From assembly GCA_964016885.1 (NCBI GenBank), contig OZ024742.1, positions 259,966,001-260,030,000 on the forward strand: 64,000 nucleotides of DNA, read 5' to 3'. Both the position numbers and the translations under genes were made by a program. Below, in pieces: positions 55,986 through 64,000 of this stretch. The DNA comes from Eledone cirrhosa (Eukaryota). How positions within the stretch are numbered: position 1 is the first letter of the stretch; each line of letters begins with the position of its first letter. A model generated the notes under the pieces. That model was not told the origin of the DNA and searched no databases. It saw only the letters and a list, made by a program, of their open reading frames with translations.

Positions 55986-58181
55986 TACCAATACCAAATA
56001 CCAACTCCTCCCTACACACTGCAATTAGGATGGAATTGGCCACTTTTGAGGACTGGCTCTTTCAGCACATCTCCCTTGTTATCCTCTGGGATAAAACCTT
56101 TTCTGTCTACTAGGACCATGAGGTAACATCCACCTCATGTTTTGCTATTCACTGAGACAGAATAAACAAACAAAAGATCTTGAGAAGCTTTCATTAGTTG
56201 ATTCTTGATATTTATCACTGTGTGAGAATTATATTAAGGGTACACATACCTGTGGACTGCTCAGCCACTTATACATTAATTTCACAAGCAAGCCAACCTG
56301 TTGATTAAACCAACAAGAACATTCACCATCAAAACTGATAGAGTTCCATTCCATTCAATATTTCATCAGAAATCCAGTAACTAAAGTGTTAACCATTCAG
56401 TCATGTTGCCTGCACTATATAAACACTAACACTGAAATCACAGAAAACTGTTTTGTCAGCTCTTTAGCAAAGATCTCTTTCTTTTAATAATTCTGAATTA
56501 CAATTTTCTCAATATTATTTCACATAATGCAGTCTTTTACAACTGCATTTATCTACCTATCTTCTTCTTCTTCTTCTTCTTCTTCTTCGTCTTCGTCTTC
56601 TTCTTATGCTATTAATTATTTACATGTGCAAATTAATTGTTTTGCTCCAATTAATAGACCTGCTTCTATTAATTTAATTAGCTTATTCTCTTGCTTTCAG
56701 TCCCAGACAATTCTTTGCTTAAAGTAGCCAATCACGATTGTCCAACACTTGGTTTTATGTGGACACTTCATAGCCAAATTGTTAAGAAGTTTGCTTCACA
56801 ATCATTAGGTCCTGGGTTCTATCTTACCACCTGGTATCTTGAGAAACCCAAGCCTTGTGAGTGAAAATGGGTTCTTAGTTCTTAGGCTCTTCCACACCTT
56901 TCTGCACATTGAGCAGTAAGTACTCGCCAACAATCACAATCAGCAGCAGCTTTTTAACGTCCATGCCAAATGATCTTGGCTGCCATCAGGTCTTTACAGA
57001 ACGTTTGTCACCAGGTGATCCTGGGGCAACCCCACCTCCATTTACTACTAGGTGGAGTCCAGTTCATCGCTGTTTTCAAGTGTCGTTCATTAGGCAGGCA
57101 CAGAATACGACCAAGTGGGTAGACAGAAACTACTTGGAAGCCCATCGAATACACTGTACCTGTAATTAAAAAGGGCCATCCATGTCTCACAATGTGTCAC
57201 ACTGAATCACCCTGAGAATTGCCATCAATGATACAAGTGTCTGTGGAATGCTCAGTCACTTACATATTAATTTCACACCAGCTGTTCCATTAGTCAAACA
57301 ACTGAAATACTCATCATTGCAACTGACAGCAGTCCATTCCATTCTACTCTTTGTTCCTCTATATTTTCTACATTTCTTAACTCTATTCCCACATCTCAAT
57401 GGCCTATTGATTAAGATGTTAGTTACATTTGACAGTCTCTCATTTCTCTACAGGTTGGTTTTTAGACATCCATACACTTACACATCTACCAAACAAATTA
57501 CCCATTTAATGCTATTTTTCTTATTCCTCATTCTTCAATTATTTTATTATTATTTTCTTTGTAATTCCTTTTCTGCATTGTTCCTTTCTACGCATCAATG
57601 ATCTTATTGGTTTTAAAACATAAACTAAGCTTTTTTCTTTACTTTTCCTCGAATGCCTCTAAGTTTCTATAATTGCCAAGTGTATAGTGTCTCTGTTTCA
57701 TTGAGTAACTTCCCTTTTCTTTTCATGTCATATACAGCTTACAAACATCAATTTCTCTTTCTAAATCATTGTGCAGGGTTAACAGTTTTCCTGCAATGTT
57801 TAACATATTTATTTGTGTATAAGACAACTTATGTATTATATAACACTTGTTTCTGAAGCTAAAAAAAAAACAGTAGGAATAAATTATATCTAATGTACAG
57901 CCATGTTTATATAAATTGTTTTTGTAAACTTATACCATGTTATCCATCAAAATTTCCATCTCACACATATATTCCCTACAATATTCAGTTTCTCATAACA
58001 TTAAAGAATATAAAACAAGAGATCTAATGTAGATCCATTAACAATTTATTCTATCAATTTGTTAGCAATCAAATGGAGACAATATAGAGTAGGGAAGACT
58101 TTTCAGTCTTGTTGAGTACATGACAAACTCTCTAGTGTTGGTATAATAAAATATTAAGTATATAATAGGAATATTTTAAAT

Positions 58182-58316
58182 CAGGCATGTCAAACATGCG
58201 GCCCACACAAAGGTTTTTACAACACGAGCATAATATAAAATAAAAAATATTAGTTGTAATGTGTGCAAATAGTTGTTATGTGTGGCCCTCAGGGGACCCT
58301 CAGTTTGACATGTCTG
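58182..58316. mobile_element. hAT-type MITE
   Basis: TIR CAGGCATGTCAAAC / GTTTGACATGTCTG; near-TSD tTTTAAAt / cTTTAAAa. Confidence 0.75.
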
Positions 58317-58782
58317 CTTTAAAACAGGCAGTGTTTGTATCAGGGAGGGTTTCAGGCAGGTTGATTTTACAGTTAATAATTCTGAGTCTTTATGCCGATG
58401 TATTACTCTTTTTGATACTAACATGCTGAAAACTGCCCAAACAAAACTGTTTATATTTAAACCTTCCTTCCTAATTTTATTGATGAATTTTTTAAAGTTA
58501 ATCTTCAAACACCATTAATAATTAACGATGATAAAGTTACTTTAATGTTACTAAATTCCTCCAAATTATTGATTATTTTCAAAATTAATAGTAAATCATA
58601 GGAAGTGATTTTTATTTGTAATATGATGATAGGTTTATACCATTTGTAAAAGATCTAATATAATACTTTTCTTGATTTTCAGGTGAGTATTCCATCAGTA
58701 TTTTGTGTTGCTGAACAGTGTCAGGTCAGATCATAAACGTTTTTCATATTTTTGCAGATTTGTGAAAAGTATTTGAATTTGA

Positions 58783-58835
<53 letters not shown>

Positions 58836-59209
58836 TGGAGTGCATGCTTGCACATGTGGGAGAGTGTGTACATGTGTTTCATCACTGTATATCATTTGTT
58901 TTCCATGCTTGCATGGATTAGACAACTGTCACATTCTGAGGCCAGACTGATCAGGGGACTAGGTCCTGCTTGGAAGTTTAGTTTTGGCTTGGTTTCTATT
59001 GCTGTATGACCTTCCTAACAACAACCACTTTACAGCTTTATATATATACACAAGTGTATAAGTATTTGTATGTGTGTGTGTGTGTGTGTGATTCTGTCCC
59101 TGTGAGTGTGTACACATACATGTGTGTATAGATATTTGTATGTGTGAGCATATTCATCTTCACTTGATTATTTAGCATGTGTTGAGGTGTTGTAGTTACT
59201 GAATATTGT

Positions 59210-60342
59210 CAGCCATATTTGTGGAGGTATATCTATCTATCTGTTATATTTAGTCCATATGTGGAAGTGTATCTATCTATCTGTTATATGTAGTCCATCT
59301 GTGGAGGTGTATCTATCTATCTGTTATATGTAGTCCATCTGTGGAGGTGTATCTATCTATCTGTTATATGTAGTCCATCTGTGGTGGTGTATCTATCTAT
59401 CTGTTAGTCCATCTGTGGAGGTGTATCTATCTATCTGTTATATTAGTCCATCTGTGGAGGTGTATCTATATATCTGTTATATGTAGTCCATCTGTGGAGG
59501 TGTATCTATCTATCTGTTATATGTAGTCCATCTGTGGTGGTGTATCTATCTATCTGTTATATGTAGTCCATCTGTGGAGCTGTATCTATCTATCTGTTAT
59601 ATTAGTCCATCTGTGGTGGTGTATCTATCTATCTGTTATATTAGTCCATCTGTGGATGTGTATCTATCTATCTGTTATATGTAGTCCATCTGTGGAGGTG
59701 TATCTATCTATCTGTTATATTAGTCCATCTGTGGAGGTGTATCTATCTATCTGTTATATGTAGTCCATCTGTGGAGGTGTATCTATCTATCTGTTATATT
59801 AGTCCATCTGTGGAGGTGTATCTATCTATCTGTTATATTAGTCCATCTGTGGAGGTGTATCTATCTATCTGTTATATGTAGTCCATCTGTGGAGTTGTAT
59901 CTATCTATCTGTTATATTAGTCCATCTGTGGAGGTGTATCTATCTATCTGTTATATGTAGTCCATCTGTGGTGGTGTCTTGGTGAGTCTATCTGTTATAT
60001 ATAGTCCATCTGTGGTGGTGTCTTGGTCAGTCTATCTGCTATATATAGACTAACTGTGGAAGTGTATTTGTCAGTCTATCTGCTATACATAGTCCATCTG
60101 TGGAGGTGAGTCACTCTATCTATCTATCTGTTATATATAGTCCATCTGTGGAGGTGAATCTGTCTATCTATCTCTTATATATGTAGTCTACTGTGAAGGT
60201 GTGTTTGTCTATCTATCTGTTATATGCACTCCATCTGTAGATATGTGTTAATCAGTCTATCTATTATATATAGTCTTACTCTGTAGATATTTCTATCTAT
60301 CTATGTGTTATATGTAGTCTAAGCATGGAGGTGTGTCTATCT
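59210..60342. repeat. 39/40-bp minisatellite (AGTCCATCTGTGGAGGTGTATCTATCTATCTGTTATATGT)n
   Basis: Tandem array; resumes at 61041-61115 after an insertion. Confidence 0.93.
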
Positions 60343-61040
60343 AGACACGGGCGCCCGGGCAGGGACCCTTCGAAAAAGATCTGTCCGAGATGCGTGCGCA
60401 ACGAGGAAACCGTCGCACATGCATTTGTACACTGCCCGGGCGTTACCGACCTGTGGGGCTATGTAGAACCTATTGTCGCGGGTGGGACCAATCCAGTTGA
60501 CCACCGAGTCCATTGTAATAATAAAACCACCACCCTCCTTCAAATTCCAAAACGAAGGAAAGGCGGTTTTCCTTTGTGTGATAGCAATGGAGAAAGAGGT
60601 TGTATGGTGGACAAGGTTAAAAGGGCTGAGGTCAGACACCTTTCTCTCCGGCCAACATCTGATTCTGTTTTTCAAATACCACTTTGGAAGAAGAATCAGG
60701 ATGGAGAGAGAGGTGCTGTACCCCAGCAAGTTTTATGAAAGGTGGGTGAAAGTGGCAAGAATGGCCCGAGTGAATGGGCCTTCTCTCTATATCAGCCTGT
60801 AGGTTGAGGAAAAGGAGGAAGAGAGGAAAGGGGTACAAACTCTTCGTACTCCTGGAGATGAGGGTTGCACATTTTTTTCGGGGGTATGTGTTACCCATAT
60901 GAAATGTCTCCCCCTATTGGGGAAAATCGATTAACTTTTAAATTACATTTGTGATAATATTTTACACGTTTTTATTGTATGTTAACTTCCCCCTTTATAT
61001 TTGTCCCCTTCTTTTGTGCCCCTGTGGCTAATAAAGAAAC
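60343..61040 (+). mobile_element. Tx1/L1-clade 3' end inserted in the minisatellite
   Basis: CPRCVRNEETVAHAFVHC zinc knuckle, frameshifted; ends gtggctAATAAAgaaac. Confidence 0.8.
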
Positions 61041-61511
61041 ATATCTGTTATATATAGTCTATATGTGGAGGTGTGATTGTTCATCTATGTATCTAAGTAT
61101 CATGTCTAGTCTATCTGCATTGTGGTAGCTTTTTTTTTTTTTTTAAAAAAACATATTTTCAAGAAGACAGACACTTTCCTCTTTGGTCAAGCTCTCACAG
61201 ATTTTTTTCAAGTTTCCCTTTAAAAAAGAAATAGAGTTTGGAGAGGGAATTTGCTGGAAGGTGGATGAAAGTGGTGTGACTGGTCAGTATCAACATGTTT
61301 ATTCTGAGTATACAACTGCAGGTTGAAGCTGGATAATTGGGAAAAGGCATAAGCCTGAGTGACCATTCCTTTTTGTGAGGTTTTCCATGAGTATCCTTCA
61401 GAAGGTTACCTATAAGTGGGGAACCTTCTTTGTTGGTTTTTATGCCCATCCCTTATTGTTTTTATTTCTCATTTTTATATTTATATAAACTGAAATAGTA
61501 TTGTCCTTGTG

Positions 61512-61935
61512 GTTCAGGATTGGCAATATTGGTAGAGCCTTGGACACCATGCTTTCCAGCATAGAGTTACGTCCCTTTATGGTCTGAATTCAAATCCCAC
61601 CGAGGTTAACTTTGCCTTTCATCCTTACGGAGTCAATAAAATAAAGTACCAATATTGCACTAGGATAATTGCTGGCCTTGTGCTAAAAGTAGAAACAATT
61701 ATTACTACAACTACTATGAAAGGCAGTGGATTAGCAGTATCAATAGAATGTCAAACATGTTTTGTGGCATATAGTTACATTCCTTTATGTATTCAGTTTA
61801 ATTCCACCGAGGTTAGCTTTATCTTTCATCCTTACAGGGTCGATAAAATAAAGTACCAGTCATGTACTGAGGTTGATTTAATCCTCCCCCTTCCCCCAAA
61901 TTGTTGGCCTTGTGCCTAAATCATAAACCATTATT
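61512..61935 (+). mobile_element. Two tandem family A SINEs
   Basis: Family A core occurs twice. Confidence 0.8.
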
Positions 61936-62454
61936 TAGGTTGTTATTTTCAAAAGCCATTGAACAACTCATCATTGATCTTCTTGCTGTATACACAATTA
62001 AATTAATGAATCTAACTAGATTTCATTTTTTTTTAATTTAACAGAAAAATAAAATAAATACAAATGAAAATTGCAATTATATATAATTAGGTAATAGATT
62101 AATCAGAAAATTCACGTTTTTCCCCACTTTTTAAAAAACTATAACTGTTACTATTATTGGTAATTCTTCTTCTTCTTCTGGAAAGGAAGGTGGGGGTGGA
62201 GAGAGAAGCCCCCCCCCCCCCGTCCAGTGCATTTGCTAAAAGGGGGATGAATGTGGCGAGAATAGCCCATCTGAGTGGACCTACTCTGACCATGCACCTG
62301 TAGGCTGGTTAATTTGAGGAGGAGATGGGTGCCCTACCTGGGTGCCCTAGAAGCATCGGGTAGTTCAGGATTGGTAGGGTACATGAGTCACCTCTGGGTC
62401 GTCCACCCCGCTATTGGGGAATTTATTTTATTATGTTTATACATAGTTTATTTT

Positions 62455-63030
62455 ATACTAGCAGTGGTACCCAGCGTTGCACGGGATAAGGTATTGTGAA
62501 ATATATAACCGCCTTAGCTAAGCTTAGTATTGCCACAACCACGGCTGGCAAAGAAGTAAGGGTCTGGTGGTACGTAAGTAAGCAACACTGTGGCTTAAAA
62601 CGTGAGGAAGAAGTTGTGTGCACTTACCAACTGTTTGGGGAATGAGTGTGAGATTTGTCTTGAGCAAAAGTGGCTGAATAACCGGAGGCAGCAGACAGCC
62701 AGACATACAGACAGATATTATAAGGGCACGTTCTGGACGCAGAGCGAATTGTAGGAAGTGACGTAATGCAGACAGCTAGACATACAGACAGATATTATAA
62801 GGGCGCGACATTATATGTATGTATCTATGTAAAAAGAGAAACATTAATAATTATAGAGAGAGATCGCTAAATCGCCTAATGCGGTCCCTAGGGCATTGAA
62901 AATTGCTCAGAACACTCCCTGAAACATAAGTATTACATGTGTAAAGTTTGAAAACAGTCGGTTGGGTGTTTCTCTAGTTTTAGGGATTCAAACTCACACA
63001 CACAGACATCCTCAGTTTTATATATATAGA
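62455..63030. mobile_element. Helitron/Helentron-like non-autonomous element splitting a Tx1-like 3' UTR (about 62195-62454 and 63031-63150)
   Basis: ACTAG followed by hairpin CCC.GCG ttg CACGGG at one end, TTTTATATATATAGA at the other, T-rich insertion site, internal (CAGA) repeats; host ends gtggccAATAAA. Confidence 0.6.
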
Positions 63031-63174
63031 TTTTCATTGTTAAATTGGTTTTGATATTGTGCAATTTTACTCAAGCTTATTGTAAACCCCCCACTGTCCA
63101 TGTCTTTGTATTGTCCCCTACATGTCGGTCCTTGTGGCCAATAAATAAACCATTATTATTATTATTATTATTAT

Positions 63175-64000
63175 CGGTAGAGGGTTGGACACCATGTTTT
63201 CTAGCATAGTTACTTCCCTTTACGGTCTGAGTTCAAATCCCGTTGAGGTTAACTTTGCCTTTCATCCTTACAGAGTCGATAAAATAAAGTAACAGTATTG
63301 TACTAGGTAATTGCTGGCCTTGTGCCAAAAGTAGAAATTATTATTATTATTATTATAACTAATACATAATCCATTGTTTTATGGATGAAATAAGTAATAT
63401 TTGGTTATACAGTTTCTTCACCAAATTTTAAGAAAGCCTTGTTTGATGATATATATATACATATATAATATGTCAAAATCTGAGCCCATGTGAAGAGAAC
63501 AATAGAGCAAATCAGAGAAATGGACAAGTCCCTATATCATCAGCTGTCAATCACCACAATTTGGGGGAAAAATTATAAAAAAACAAAATTTGTTTTCACT
63601 CTTAACATGGTGGATATCGAAATATATTTGTGAGTAAATAATAAAAATATAATAATATCATAATATTATTAATATTCGTTGAAAACAAACTGAATATTAA
63701 TAATTGTTTCTACTTTTGGCACAAGGCCAGCAATTAACCAGTACATTACTGGTACTTTATTTTATCGACCCCGTAAGGATGAAAGGCAAAGTTAACCTCG
63801 GCGGGATTTGAACTCAGAATGGCAAGGGCCGTAACTCTATGCGTCAAAGCATGCGTCCAACCCTCTACCGATACTGCCAATTCACCGCCCTAATCTGAAT
63901 ATTAATAATTGTTTCTACTTTAGGCACAAGGCCAGCAATTACCCAGTGCATTACTGGTACTTTATTTTATCGACCCCGTAAGGATGAAAGGCAAAGTCAC
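63175..64000. mobile_element. Family A SINE cluster: + at 63175-63340, - at 63700-63891, - at 63905-edge
   Basis: Family A core in both orientations. Confidence 0.85.

Overview
AT-rich animal genomic DNA. The SINE families and (TA)n load look like an octopus or other cephalopod, which is an inference from family recognition. No intact host protein-coding gene is supportable, and most ORF-track entries are artefacts of microsatellites and minisatellites. The window holds: a >13 kb 24-bp satellite; 21-bp, G-rich 21-bp and 40-bp minisatellites; many tRNA-type SINEs; hAT, piggyBac, Tc1 and Helitron-like MITEs; and fragments of RTE, R4/Dong-type, Tx1/L1 and Penelope-like (GIY-YIG) retroelements. 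The main signal is a dense set of minimal type-I hammerhead ribozyme motifs from about five sequence families: eight with complete cores, plus degenerate copies and half-cores. Most lie in short islands inside (TA)n tracts, and many are folded back into long DNA palindromes whose inversion point is at or near the ribozyme. One family (30514-30820, 33734-34041) carries the hammerhead on both strands. All coordinates and pairings were read by eye, not computed.
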